A stretch of 64,000 bases of DNA from positions 15,124 through 79,123 of the forward strand of contig CAMAXU010000001.1 in NCBI GenBank assembly GCA_945862455.1, read 5' to 3'. Of this stretch, positions 9,919 through 18,981 are shown piece by piece; the first letter of the stretch is position 1, and every line of letters starts with the position of its first letter. Source of the stretch: Rickettsia typhi (GTDB taxonomy: Bacteria; Pseudomonadota; Alphaproteobacteria; Rickettsiales; UBA1997). The notes below the pieces were generated by a model, which had not been told where the DNA came from, did not search any database, and worked only from the letters and a program-made list of their open reading frames with translations. A program made the translations under genes and the position numbers.

Positions 9919-10994
9919 GTCTTTATAAAATTTTTCGTCCCGCAATTTTTAAAATTGAACCAGAAACTGCGCATAATTTGGCAATTGATTTGCTGCGTTT
10001 TTTACCAAATGCCTCGTCACTTTTTTGTCTAAATAAAAATTATGAAAATTTACACACCAAGTTGTGGAACCTTGATTTTACTAATCCAATTGGCATGGCA
10101 GCCGGTTTTGACAAAAATGCCGCAGTTGCTCTAACGTTAGAAAAATTTGGTTTTGGATTTGTTGAATGCGGAACGGTTACACCTTTGGCGCAAATTGGAA
10201 ATCCGCAACCAAGAATTTTTCGACTACAACAAGATCGGGCAATTATAAATCGTTTGGGATTTAATAATTTAGGTGCGGAAAATTTTGCTAAAAATATTGA
10301 TGAAATTTTGCCAAAAATTTCAGTGCCGTTGGGGATAAATATTGGCAAGAATAAAGATACTGAAGACGCGATTTCGGACTATCTTTTGCTGCTACAAAAA
10401 TTTTATGAAAAAGCTTCGTATATTACGGTTAATATTTCGTCACCTAATACTAAAAATTTGCGTGATTTGCAAAATGAAAATCAGCTCGATTTATTTTTGA
10501 GTGAAATCATAAAAAAGAAAAATGAGCTTAAAAATAGCAGTCAAAAAAATATACCAATATTGCTTAAAATTGCGCCAGATTTGACTTTAAGTGAGATAGA
10601 AACAATTGCAGAAGCTGTAATTAAAAATGCAGTCGATGGAGTAATTATAAGCAATACAACAATTGACCGTAATCTAAATTTGCAAAGTACATACGCTGCT
10701 GAAAGTGGTGGTTTAAGCGGCCAGCCGCTTTTTGCAAAAGCTAATGAAGTCTTGAAGAATTTTTACAAATTAACTCAAGGCAAAATTCCTTTAATCGGCG
10801 TTGGCGGAATTGCTTCAGCGCAAGATGCTTATGAAAAAATCAAATGTGGCGCTGCAATGGTACAAATTTATTCAGCTTTTATTTACGAAGGTTTTGGTTT
10901 GGTCGAAAGAATCAAAAAAGATCTTAGCGAAATGGTAAAAAAAGATGGCTTTAAAAACATTACCCAAGCCGTGGGCATAAAATCTAATTCTTAA
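9915..10994 (+). CDS. pyrD: Dihydroorotate dehydrogenase (quinone), class 2
   Basis: NPIGMAAGFDKNA, GFVECGTVTP, NISSPNT, GGLSG and GVGGI motifs. Confidence 0.95.
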   Translation: MSLYKIFRPAIFKIEPETAHNLAIDLLRFLPNASSLFCLNKNYENLHTKLWNLDFTNPIGMAAGFDKNAAVALTLEKFGFGFVECGTVTPLAQIGNPQPRIFRLQQDRAIINRLGFNNLGAENFAKNIDEILPKISVPLGINIGKNKDTEDAISDYLLLLQKFYEKASYITVNISSPNTKNLRDLQNENQLDLFLSEIIKKKNELKNSSQKNIPILLKIAPDLTLSEIETIAEAVIKNAVDGVIISNTTIDRNLNLQSTYAAESGGLSGQPLFAKANEVLKNFYKLTQGKIPLIGVGGIASAQDAYEKIKCGAAMVQIYSAFIYEGFGLVERIKKDLSEMVKKDGFKNITQAVGIKSNS

Positions 10995-11001
10995 TTTAAG
11001 A

Positions 11002-11036
11002 TAGAAATAGTTCATCTTTTTAGAAATAGTTCATCT
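11002..11036 (+). repeat. Tandem direct repeat, 2 x tagaaatagttcatct with a 19-bp period
   Basis: Identical 16-mers at 11002-11017 and 11021-11036, 8 nt after the pyrD stop and about 195 nt upstream of the DEAD-box helicase start. Confidence 0.7.
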
Positions 11037-11230
11037 CCTAAGGGATAATTATCTCTCTTTATAGTATGTGATTTGTTTGAATTAACTTAAATGCTGCGAT
11101 TAGTTTTTGCTTTGGATATTCGGCGTAGGAAATCAAATTTGACATTGAAAAGAATATGCTTAGGATGCCCTCAAATCCTGCCTTTATCAGTGTTTGCAAC
11201 AAATCCAAAACAAGAAAAAATTAAGAAAAT

Positions 11231-12889
11231 ATGACAAATCTAACTAAATTCAGAGACTTAGGTCTTTCTGAAATGATGCTTAACTCTTTGCACAAAAAAG
11301 GCTTTGAAGAGCCGACTCCAATTCAAGCCAAAACAATTCCATTTCTCCTTGCCAATAAAAAAGATTTAATCGGCAAAGCGCAAACCGGAACCGGTAAAAC
11401 CGCGGCTTTCGGCATTCCGATCATTGAAAATATTGTTCCCGATTCCAAAAGAGTTCAGGCAATTATTCTTGCTCCAACTCGCGAATTAGCAATTCAAGTT
11501 GCGGAAGAATTGAGTTCTTTTGCTGAAGAGCAAAAAACCAGAATCATCGCAGTTTATGGCGGTCAGCCAATTGAGCGTCAAATTTCTCGTTTGCAACGCG
11601 GTGTTGATATTGTTGTTGGAACTCCGGGACGTATTTTGGATCATTTAGAACGCAAAACTTTAGATATTTCCAAAGTTTCTTACATCGTTTTGGATGAAGC
11701 AGATGAAATGCTAAATATGGGTTTCATTGATGATATTGAAGCAATTCTAAAAGCCGCACCAAAAGAGCGTAGAACCGTTCTTTTCTCTGCTACAATGCCA
11801 GAACATATCGAGCGTTTAGCTAAGAAATATATGAATGAATATGAAGTAATCGCGGTCGCTAAAGACAATGTTAGTAAAGCCAATATTCAGCAAATTTATT
11901 TTGAAGTTCCTCAATCCGATAAATTCGAAGCCTTATTTAGAATTATCGATGTTGAAGAAAGTTTTTATGGCTTGGTTTTTTGTCGTACCAAAGTTGATGC
12001 TGATGAAATTTCACACAAGTTGGCAAATCGCGGATGCAGAGCTGAAGCGATTCACGGCGATCTTTCGCAAGGTCAAAGAGAAAAAGTTTTACAAAAATTC
12101 CGTGCTAAAAAAATCACCGCTCTCGTTGCAACTGACGTTGCGGCGCGTGGTATTGATATCGATAATTTGACCCACGTAATCAATTATTCTTTGCCTCAAG
12201 ATCCTGAAAGCTATGTTCACAGAATTGGTCGTACAGGCAGAGCTGGTAAGTCGGGAATTGCGATTACTTTGATTACTCCGTCAGAATATCGTAAATTGGT
12301 TTCGATCCAAAGAATGTCAAATATGACAATCACGAAGCAAAAAGTTCCTAATGTTTCGGAAGTAATTGAGAGCAAAAAACAACGTATCAAAAACTCGCTT
12401 TTAGAAATTATTTCTGCCGGAAACTTCGGTGATCTTGAAGTGATTTCGGAAGAAATTCTCGCTGAAACTTCTGATCCAAAAGTTGCGATTTCAGCTTTGT
12501 TGAAATTAGCCTTTAAAGACGAGTTGAACGAAAAAAGTTACAGCGAAATCAATGAATACAGTAAAAACAAAGACTACTATTACGACGACCGCGGCATGAG
12601 CGGCAAGCCAATTGGTGATCAAGGTCGTAGAAGCTATGTTGACCGCAAGGGAACAGCTCGCCTATTCATCGCCAAAGGCCGTGCTGATAATATGGATCCG
12701 AAAGCATTGGTGAGTTTCATTCAAAGAGAAACTGGTGTTGATCAACGTCACATCGATGATGTGAAAATGTTTGACGCTTTTTCCTTTTTTGCAGTTCCGT
12801 TTGAAGATGCGGAAAAAGTTCTTCATGTTTTTCAAAAACAATCTGGTGGAAAAAGATCTTTGGTTACTAGGGCGAAAGATAAGAAGTAG
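11231..12889 (+). CDS. deaD: DEAD-box ATP-dependent RNA helicase (DeaD/CsdA-like) with a C-terminal DbpA-type RNA-binding domain
   Basis: Q motif (GFEEPTPIQ), AQTGTGKT, PTRELA, DEAD (VLDEADEM), SAT, HRIGRTGRAG. C-terminus LFIAKGRADNMDPKALVSFIQRETGV...FSFFAVPFEDAEKV. Confidence 0.9.
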   Translation: MTNLTKFRDLGLSEMMLNSLHKKGFEEPTPIQAKTIPFLLANKKDLIGKAQTGTGKTAAFGIPIIENIVPDSKRVQAIILAPTRELAIQVAEELSSFAEEQKTRIIAVYGGQPIERQISRLQRGVDIVVGTPGRILDHLERKTLDISKVSYIVLDEADEMLNMGFIDDIEAILKAAPKERRTVLFSATMPEHIERLAKKYMNEYEVIAVAKDNVSKANIQQIYFEVPQSDKFEALFRIIDVEESFYGLVFCRTKVDADEISHKLANRGCRAEAIHGDLSQGQREKVLQKFRAKKITALVATDVAARGIDIDNLTHVINYSLPQDPESYVHRIGRTGRAGKSGIAITLITPSEYRKLVSIQRMSNMTITKQKVPNVSEVIESKKQRIKNSLLEIISAGNFGDLEVISEEILAETSDPKVAISALLKLAFKDELNEKSYSEINEYSKNKDYYYDDRGMSGKPIGDQGRRSYVDRKGTARLFIAKGRADNMDPKALVSFIQRETGVDQRHIDDVKMFDAFSFFAVPFEDAEKVLHVFQKQSGGKRSLVTRAKDKK

Positions 12890-12910
12890 GAGTCGAAATA
12901 AGAAGATAAT

Positions 12911-12953
12911 AAAAAAAGCCGGCTTCCATGAAAATGGAAGACCGGCTTTTTTT
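12911..12953. terminator. Rho-independent, potentially bidirectional terminator
   Basis: aaaaaaagccggcttccat-gaaa-atggaagaccggcttttttt: a GC-rich stem (1-nt bulge) with an A-run on the left and a T-run on the right, between the helicase (+) and tRNA-Lys (-). Confidence 0.75.
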
Positions 12954-13006
12954 ATTCTCTTTACCTAAGAAAGCCCGTCGTTATCCTGAGGGACTATGTT
13001 AAGGCA

Positions 13007-13082
13007 TGGTGAGCACGGTTGGAATCGAACCAACGACCACCTAATTAAAAGTCAGGTGCTCTACCGACTGAGCTACGTGCTC
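13007..13082 (-). tRNA. tRNA-Lys (anticodon UUU), CCA encoded
   Basis: Reverse complement: GAGCACG/TA/GCTC-AGTCGGTA-GAGC/A/CCTGA-CTTTTAA-TTAGG/TGGTC/GTTGG-TTCGATT-CCAAC/CGTGCTC-A-CCA. Confidence 0.9.
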
Positions 13083-13290
13083 GTTTAATTGCGAAGTTTT
13101 TTTAAGTAACAACTTGCGACAAAGAAACAATTCTAAAATCATCTTTGGGAAATTTCTAAGACGTGTTTACGATTGTCTTAAAAACGAGCGGCGCATTAAA
13201 GTTATGAAAGTTAAAAATGCAAACAATTTTGTAGAAATCTTTAGAAGCCCGATTTATCTAGGGTTGAGAAAGGATGATTTTGCGATGTGT

Positions 13291-13450
13291 AATACCAATC
13301 CCATCTTTAATTAGTTTTTCTAACTTCATCTTTTTGATCTAAAATTTAGAAGAAAAACCTTTTGTATATCATGATACAGACGGTTTTTCTTCTAAATTTA
13401 TCCTCAAAAATATTTCGTTAAAAAAACTAATTAAAGATGGGATTTGGTAT
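13291..13450. repeat. About 160-bp full-length palindromic (MITE/RPE-like) element
   Basis: The outer arms ataccaatcccatctttaattagtttttctaac and gttaaaaaaactaattaaagatgggatttggtat are inverse complements. The inner arms aaaatttagaagaaaaacc and ggtttttcttctaaattt are also inverse complements. Confidence 0.75.
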
Positions 13451-13472
13451 AATAAAAATTCAAATCTTAAAA

Positions 13473-14216
13473 ATGAAAAACAAAGTCTTAACAATAATCC
13501 CTGTTCGCCTTGCTTCAACGCGCTTGCCTAACAAACCGCTGGCTGATATTTGTGGTAAAAGCATGATCCAAAGAGTTTATGAACAAGCTCTAGCTGCTGA
13601 TTTGGGCGATGTTTTGATTGCTTGTGATGGTGAAGAAATTGCTAATGAAGTAAAAAAATTCGGTGGAAAATTTGTAATTACCGATCCCAAACTGCCATCA
13701 GGAACTGATCGTATTTACGCTGCCTATACAACATATGCACAAAATAATTGCGATGTAATTATAAATTTACAAGGCGATTTGCCAAATATTGATCCGCAAG
13801 TTATTCGTGCCGCTGCTGAAGCTGCTTTGCAAAATGATTGTGATTTTGCCACAGTTGCTTCCAAAATTAAAAATGAATCTGAAATTACTAACCCGAATGT
13901 CGTAAAAATCGCCATCGCTTTTAAGGAAAAAAACTTAGGTCGCGCACTTTATTTTTCACGCTGCGCAATTCCTTATTCCAAAACTAACACAGCAGATTTT
14001 TACCATCACATCGGAATTTATGCTTATAAAAAAACTGCTTTAGAAAAATTTGTAAAGCTCGCGCCATCAACTCTCGAGCAGCGCGAAAGCTTGGAACAGC
14101 TTCGGGCTTTGGAAAACGATATGAAGATTTTTGTAAAAATTGTTGATGCTCATCCGCTTTCAGTTGACACTAAAGAAGATTTAGAGGTTGTTACAAAATT
14201 GATTGCAAAAGCGTAA
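13473..14216 (+). CDS. kdsB: 3-deoxy-manno-octulosonate cytidylyltransferase (CMP-KDO synthetase)
   Basis: MKNKVLTIIPVRLASTRLPNKPLADICGKSMIQRV is the canonical KdsB N-terminus. The track start at 13437 lies inside the palindromic element, so I prefer the ATG at 13473. Confidence 0.9.
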   Translation: MKNKVLTIIPVRLASTRLPNKPLADICGKSMIQRVYEQALAADLGDVLIACDGEEIANEVKKFGGKFVITDPKLPSGTDRIYAAYTTYAQNNCDVIINLQGDLPNIDPQVIRAAAEAALQNDCDFATVASKIKNESEITNPNVVKIAIAFKEKNLGRALYFSRCAIPYSKTNTADFYHHIGIYAYKKTALEKFVKLAPSTLEQRESLEQLRALENDMKIFVKIVDAHPLSVDTKEDLEVVTKLIAKA

Positions 14217-14220
14217 ATTA

Positions 14221-14727
14221 ATGAGCATTAAAAAAAATAAAAAAACTATCGGATGGAAAGAGTGGTTCGGGCTTGATTGCATAAGTCTGCCGGCGATTAA
14301 AGGCAAGATTGATACCGGGGCTAAAACCTCATCTTTACACGCATTTAACATTGAGAGTTTTTACATCGAAAATGTTGAATATGTGAAGTTCGATATCCAT
14401 CCTTTGCAAAAAAATAAAAAGCTGGTGCGCACTTGTATGGCAAGGGTTATTGATCGTAGAATGGTTTCAGATTCGGGTGGGAAAAAAGAAAAAAGATATG
14501 TAATAAAATCGGCATTACGAATTGGTGAAGTAAAAATTACAATTGAATTAACCCTCGCCAATCGTGATACCATGACGTTTCGTATGCTGCTTGGACGTGA
14601 TGCGGTTAAGCAAACGAAAATGCTGGTAGATGCTTCAAAAGCTTTTGTGCAAGGTAAATCAAAAAGAAAAGAAATTCTGAAACTTTATAATTCGACCACA
14701 CCCTGTTTAGACTTACGCAAATTATGA
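14221..14727 (+). CDS. RimK-associated ATP-dependent zinc protease / retropepsin-like protein (DUF785, RimB-like)
   Basis: IGWKEWFGLDCISLPAIKGKIDTGAKTSSLHA contains the DTGA aspartic-protease-like signature typical of this family. It overlaps the rimK start. An alternative start at 14203 would overlap the kdsB stop. Confidence 0.7.
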   Translation: MSIKKNKKTIGWKEWFGLDCISLPAIKGKIDTGAKTSSLHAFNIESFYIENVEYVKFDIHPLQKNKKLVRTCMARVIDRRMVSDSGGKKEKRYVIKSALRIGEVKITIELTLANRDTMTFRMLLGRDAVKQTKMLVDASKAFVQGKSKRKEILKLYNSTTPCLDLRKL

Positions 14728-15596
14728 AAATTATACTTTTGGCTTCCAATCCTAATCTTTATTCTAACTTACGCATTGTTGAGGCGGCAAAAAAACGTGG
14801 ACATGAAGTTGAGTTTGTAAATGTCGGCGAATGCTACATAAAAGTGGCCTCAAATGCTTGTGAAATTTTTTACGACGAAGGAAAAAAACTGGAAAATGTG
14901 GGCTATATTATTCCGCGCATCAAGCCGGCGATGACATTTTATGGAACTTCAATCGTCAGGCAGTTTGAAGTGATGGGTGTAAATTGTTTGAATGGGTCAG
15001 AAGCTATTACTAAATCAAGAGACAAACTCTACACTCTTCAAATCCTTGCTCAGCATGGATTAAATGTTCCAATCACCAGCTTTGCTAATTCATCTTACGA
15101 CACTAAAGATTTAATTAAACTGGTTGGAAGCGCGCCATTAGTGGTTAAATTATTGGAAGGAACTAAAGGTGTCGGTGTGGTTTTAGCTGAAACAAATAAG
15201 GCAGCAGAAAGTGTAATTAATGCTTTCCGCAGTTTGAAAGCTGATATTTTGGTGCAACATTACATCAAAGAATCAAAAGGTCAGGACATCAGATGTTTCG
15301 TGGTTGGCGGCAAAGTCATCGCTTCAATGGAGCGCACTGCCCAAGAAGGTGAATTTCGTGCCAATATTCACCTCGGCGCAACTGCCAAAGCAATTGATGT
15401 AACTCTAGAGGAAAGTGAATTGGCAATTAGAGCGGCGAAAGTTATTGGTCTTGAAATTGCTGGTGTTGATATGGTTCGCTCTAGTTCAGGTCCAAAAATT
15501 CTTGAAGTAAATTCTTCTCCCGGTTTGGAAGGAATTGAAAGCGCCACCGGCATTGATATCGCAGCCAAAATGATCGAATATTTAGAAGGAAAATAA
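14724..15596 (+). CDS. rimK: Ribosomal protein S6 glutamate ligase RimK (ATP-grasp)
   Basis: ATP-grasp pattern: PLVVKLLEGTKGVGVVLAE, QHYIKESKGQDIRCFVVGGKV, GVDMVRSSSGPKILEVNSSPGLEGIE. Confidence 0.9.
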   Translation: MKIILLASNPNLYSNLRIVEAAKKRGHEVEFVNVGECYIKVASNACEIFYDEGKKLENVGYIIPRIKPAMTFYGTSIVRQFEVMGVNCLNGSEAITKSRDKLYTLQILAQHGLNVPITSFANSSYDTKDLIKLVGSAPLVVKLLEGTKGVGVVLAETNKAAESVINAFRSLKADILVQHYIKESKGQDIRCFVVGGKVIASMERTAQEGEFRANIHLGATAKAIDVTLEESELAIRAAKVIGLEIAGVDMVRSSSGPKILEVNSSPGLEGIESATGIDIAAKMIEYLEGK

Positions 15597-16237
15597 TGAA
15601 AAAGCTCGACGCTAAAAAAATCTTTAATGGTCAATGTGATTTTCTTTTTGGCGCTCACAATTATTTGCAAATTGAAGCTTCATCTCATCCTGAAATCGCC
15701 TTTATTGGCGCTTCCAATGTTGGAAAATCAAGTTTGATAAATGCGTTAGTCGGAAAAAAAATCGCCATTGTTTCAACAACTCCCGGACGCACGCGCCAGC
15801 TCAATTTTTTTAAAGTTGCCGATGGTTTTACCCAAAGTTTTTCCGAAGGATTTGTTTTAGTTGATATGCCGGGTTACGGATTTGCTAAAGCCAGCGCTAA
15901 ACATATGGAGCATTGGCAAAAAACCGCTTTAGAATATTTGATGAAACGCCCAAATTTAAAGCGTTTATATTTATTGGTTGATCCGGTTAAAGGCTTGAAA
16001 GAAGCCGATCGCGACATGATTAACATGCTTAACGCCGTTGCAGTTTCTTTCCAAATTGTTCTGACAAAAACTGATAAAATGAATAAAGAAGAACAAGCAA
16101 AAGCGGAAGAAAAAATTCTCAAAGAAATTGTAAAATGGCCAGCAGCGCATCCGAAAGTTATTATTTCAAGCAGTTCTAAAGGCTACGGAATAAGGGATGT
16201 ACAAGATTCGATCGTAGAAGTTTTGCAGCATTTATGA
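15596..16237 (+). CDS. engB: Ribosome-biogenesis GTPase EngB/YsxC/YihA
   Basis: G1 GASNVGKSSLINAL, G3 DMPGYG, G4 TKTDK. Confidence 0.9.
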   Translation: MKKLDAKKIFNGQCDFLFGAHNYLQIEASSHPEIAFIGASNVGKSSLINALVGKKIAIVSTTPGRTRQLNFFKVADGFTQSFSEGFVLVDMPGYGFAKASAKHMEHWQKTALEYLMKRPNLKRLYLLVDPVKGLKEADRDMINMLNAVAVSFQIVLTKTDKMNKEEQAKAEEKILKEIVKWPAAHPKVIISSSSKGYGIRDVQDSIVEVLQHL

Positions 16238-16374
16238 AATTCATTTTGATAATTATTTTTACAAGTTTGGTGATTTTGCTACTGGTATTTTTACTAAATG
16301 CCGCTACGTTTAATGGCATCAAAACCCCTCTAAATAAACAGCTTTCTCCTGAAAAGAATGAAAAAAAATCTTAA
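16234..16374 (+). CDS. Possible small single-TM membrane protein (46 aa)
   Basis: My own translation: [46 protein letters not shown]. Its ATG overlaps the engB stop (ATGA) and its 3' end overlaps the hslU start by 17 nt. It is below the track's size cut-off and has no homology support. Confidence 0.25.
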   Translation: MKFILIIIFTSLVILLLVFLLNAATFNGIKTPLNKQLSPEKNEKKS

Positions 16375-17713
16375 AAATTCTGCGCTACCAAAATCAGCGA
16401 TGGGTCTAACCCCCAAACAAATTGTTGATGAATTAAATCGCTATATTGTTGGTCAAAAAGAAGCTAAAAAATCTGTAGCTATCGCACTTCGCAATCGTTA
16501 TCGCCGTAAGTTAGTGGCATCACCTTTGCGCGAAGAAATTGTGCCAAAAAATATTTTAATGATCGGGCCAACAGGCTGCGGAAAAACTGAAGTAGCACGT
16601 CGTTTAGCCAAGCTTGCAAATGCACCATTTATTAAAGTTGAAGCAACAAAATTTACTGAAGTTGGTTACGTTGGACGCGATGTCGATTCAATCATTCGCG
16701 ATTTGGTTGAAGTTGCGATCAAATCAATCAAAAATGAAATGAAAAAAGAAGTGCAAGAAAAGGCTGAAAAACAGGCAAAAAAAAGAATTTTAAAAATTTT
16801 AGTTGGTGAAAATGCGATTGATGAAACCAGAGAAAAATTCTCACAAATGCTTGATAATGGCGAGTTGAACGAGCGTGAAATTGAAATTGAAGTTCTGGAT
16901 AATGGCTCTTCAATGTCGACTAGTTTTGACATTCCGGGTGGTCAAGTTGGCATGATAAATATTGGCGAAATGTTAGGTAAAGCAATTGGCGGTGAAAAAA
17001 CCAAAAAATCTCACATGACAGTTGAAGACGCGCTTAAAACCTTGATCGAAGAAGAGTCGGACAAAATGATTGATGAAGATAAAATCATCAAAAATGCCAT
17101 GAAGTCAGTTGAAAATGATGGCATAGTTTTCATCGATGAAATTGATAAAATTTGCGCTCGTGGCGGAAATAAAGGTTCAGGATCTGATGTTTCGCGCGAA
17201 GGCGTGCAGCGCGATTTGCTGCCTTTGGTCGAAGGAACTGCAATTGCGACCAAATATGGCATCGTAAAAACTGATCATGTTTTATTCATCGCTTCTGGCG
17301 CATTTCATGTTACTAAACCATCAGATTTATTGCCGGAATTGCAAGGTCGCTTTCCAATCCGCGTGCAATTAAAACCGCTAACCGAAGAAGATTTAATGCG
17401 CATTTTAACTGAGCCAGAATCGAGTTTGATTAAGCAATATGTAGCCTTGATTGGCGTTGAAAATGTGAAGTTAAATTTCACCGAAGACGGCACCAAAGAA
17501 ATTGCAAAAGTTGCTTTCAAGGTTAATGGCGAAATTGAAAATATCGGCGCGCGTCGTTTGCACACAATGCTGGAGAAGATTCTTGAAGATATTAGTTTTG
17601 ACGCAACAGATATGAAAAAAGGCAGCGAAATTGTGATTGATAAAAAATATGTTGATGAACATTTAGGTGATTTGGTTTCTGGAAAAACCGATCTTTCGAA
17701 ATTTATATTATAA
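16358..17713 (+). CDS. hslU: ATP-dependent protease ATPase subunit HslU
   Basis: [33 protein letters not shown], Walker [24 protein letters not shown], and the I-domain insertion. Confidence 0.95.
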   Translation: MKKNLKNSALPKSAMGLTPKQIVDELNRYIVGQKEAKKSVAIALRNRYRRKLVASPLREEIVPKNILMIGPTGCGKTEVARRLAKLANAPFIKVEATKFTEVGYVGRDVDSIIRDLVEVAIKSIKNEMKKEVQEKAEKQAKKRILKILVGENAIDETREKFSQMLDNGELNEREIEIEVLDNGSSMSTSFDIPGGQVGMINIGEMLGKAIGGEKTKKSHMTVEDALKTLIEEESDKMIDEDKIIKNAMKSVENDGIVFIDEIDKICARGGNKGSGSDVSREGVQRDLLPLVEGTAIATKYGIVKTDHVLFIASGAFHVTKPSDLLPELQGRFPIRVQLKPLTEEDLMRILTEPESSLIKQYVALIGVENVKLNFTEDGTKEIAKVAFKVNGEIENIGARRLHTMLEKILEDISFDATDMKKGSEIVIDKKYVDEHLGDLVSGKTDLSKFIL

Positions 17714-17720
17714 TTCGCAT

Positions 17721-17746
17721 AGATCCTGAAAACGAGTTCAGGATCT
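17721..17746. repeat. 26-bp perfect hairpin, agatcctgaa-aacgag-ttcaggatct (AGATCCTGAA repeat family)
   Basis: A 10-bp perfect stem 8 nt after the hslU stop. Related copies are at 33582, 37083 and 59737. Confidence 0.8.
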
Positions 17747-17771
17747 ATAAAAACTTAACTAAACTTTAAAA

Positions 17772-17933
17772 ATGATTCCTCGCTATTCCCGCTCGGAAAT
17801 GACCAAAATTTGGTCGCAAGAAAATAAATATAATATCTGGTTTGATATCGAGATTTACGCGCTCGAAGCCCTAGAAAAACTTGGCGCTCTTGCAATAACT
17901 TTTTTTGTTTTGTTGAAAGTTTTTATCAACTAA
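17772..17933 (+). pseudogene. Duplicated 5' fragment of purB (first 38 codons, then unrelated sequence to a stop)
   Basis: 17772-17886 matches 19998-20112 at 113 of 115 positions, starting at the ATG (MIPRYSRSEMTKIWSQENKYNIWFDIEIYALEALEKLG). The reading frame then runs into unrelated sequence and stops at 17931-17933. Confidence 0.85.
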
Positions 17934-17937
17934 ATTT

Positions 17938-18981
17938 ATGTCAATCCAAAAAACTCTCAAAAAAAGTGATAAATTTCTAATCGCAACTCCTTCGCAAACA
18001 GAAATGTTTGAAAAATATACCACCAAAGAACGAGTTGCCCAAATGCATCAAAAATACTCGCTTGAGGGCTATAAATTTATCGATCTTTTTGCTGGAATTG
18101 GTGGAATTAGAACTGCGTTTGATCGACTTAAAGCAGAATGCGTTTTTGCTTCCGAATGGGATAAACACAGCCAAATAACCTACGAAGCCAACTTTAAACA
18201 TAAGCCTTTTGGCGATATCACCAAAATTGCAGCCCAAGAAATTCCTGCTTTTGACATATTATTAGCGGGCTTTCCTTGCCAACCATTTTCAAACGCTGGT
18301 CATAAAAAGGGCTTTGAAGATACTCGTGGCACTTTGTTTTTTGATATTTGCAGAATTGTTGAATTTCATAAGCCGCAAGTTCTTTTACTAGAAAACGTCA
18401 AAGGTTTTAAAAGCCACGATAAGGGCAAAACTTTTGCTACGGTTAAAAAAACTTTAGAAAATTTAGGATATCACGTTCACGCGCAAATTCTTAATTCAAA
18501 AGATTTTGGCGTGCCACAAAACCGCGAAAGAATTTATATCGTGGCTTTTAAAAATTTTGTTAAATTTAACTTTCCATTGCCGCTCGAAAAGCGCGTTAAT
18601 CTTGGCTCTATAATGGAAAAAGAAGTTTTGGATAAATACACAATTTCTGACAAAATATGGCAAGGTCATCAACGCAGAAAGCTAGAGCACCAAAAAAAAG
18701 GCAATGGTTTTGGTTATTCAATTTTTAACGAAAATTCACCTTACACCAGCACAATTTCGGCAAGATATTACAAAGACGGTTCAGAAATTTTGATTGAACA
18801 AAAAAACAAAAATCCCAGAAAATTAACGCCGCGCGAAGCCGCAAGACTTCAGGGTTTTCCAGAAGATTTTATAATTTCTGCCAGCAACGTTCAAGCCTAT
18901 AAACAATTTGGCAACAGCGTTTCGGTTCCGGTTTTAGAAGCCATCGCCTTAGAAATTAGCAAATCTTTAGCAAAAAAATAA
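17938..18981 (+). CDS. DNA (cytosine-5)-methyltransferase
   Basis: All C5-MTase motifs in order: I DLFAGIGG, IV GFPCQPFSNAG, VI LLENVKG, VIII PQNRERIYIV, IX/X RKLTPREAARLQGFPEDF and YKQFGNSVSVPV. The TRD contains SARYYKDGSEILI. Confidence 0.95.
   Translation: MSIQKTLKKSDKFLIATPSQTEMFEKYTTKERVAQMHQKYSLEGYKFIDLFAGIGGIRTAFDRLKAECVFASEWDKHSQITYEANFKHKPFGDITKIAAQEIPAFDILLAGFPCQPFSNAGHKKGFEDTRGTLFFDICRIVEFHKPQVLLLENVKGFKSHDKGKTFATVKKTLENLGYHVHAQILNSKDFGVPQNRERIYIVAFKNFVKFNFPLPLEKRVNLGSIMEKEVLDKYTISDKIWQGHQRRKLEHQKKGNGFGYSIFNENSPYTSTISARYYKDGSEILIEQKNKNPRKLTPREAARLQGFPEDFIISASNVQAYKQFGNSVSVPVLEAIALEISKSLAKK

Noticed and set aside
10040-10348. Antisense or alternative-frame ORFs inside well-supported genes (e.g. 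901..1101, 3637..3873, 10040..10348, 11868..12170, 15368..15670, 16666..17662 set, 19491..19799, 20272..21010 set, 23661..25251 set, 35160..36038 set, 43280..44609 set, 47351..47602, 57822..58115)
   Set aside because: Each lies wholly within a gene with strong motif support on the other strand or frame, and each has skewed composition typical of shadow ORFs.
13114-13314. 66-aa ORF between tRNA-Lys and kdsB
   Set aside because: It has no recognisable motif and low-complexity, AT-driven composition, and its 3' end runs into the palindromic element. It is most likely non-coding.
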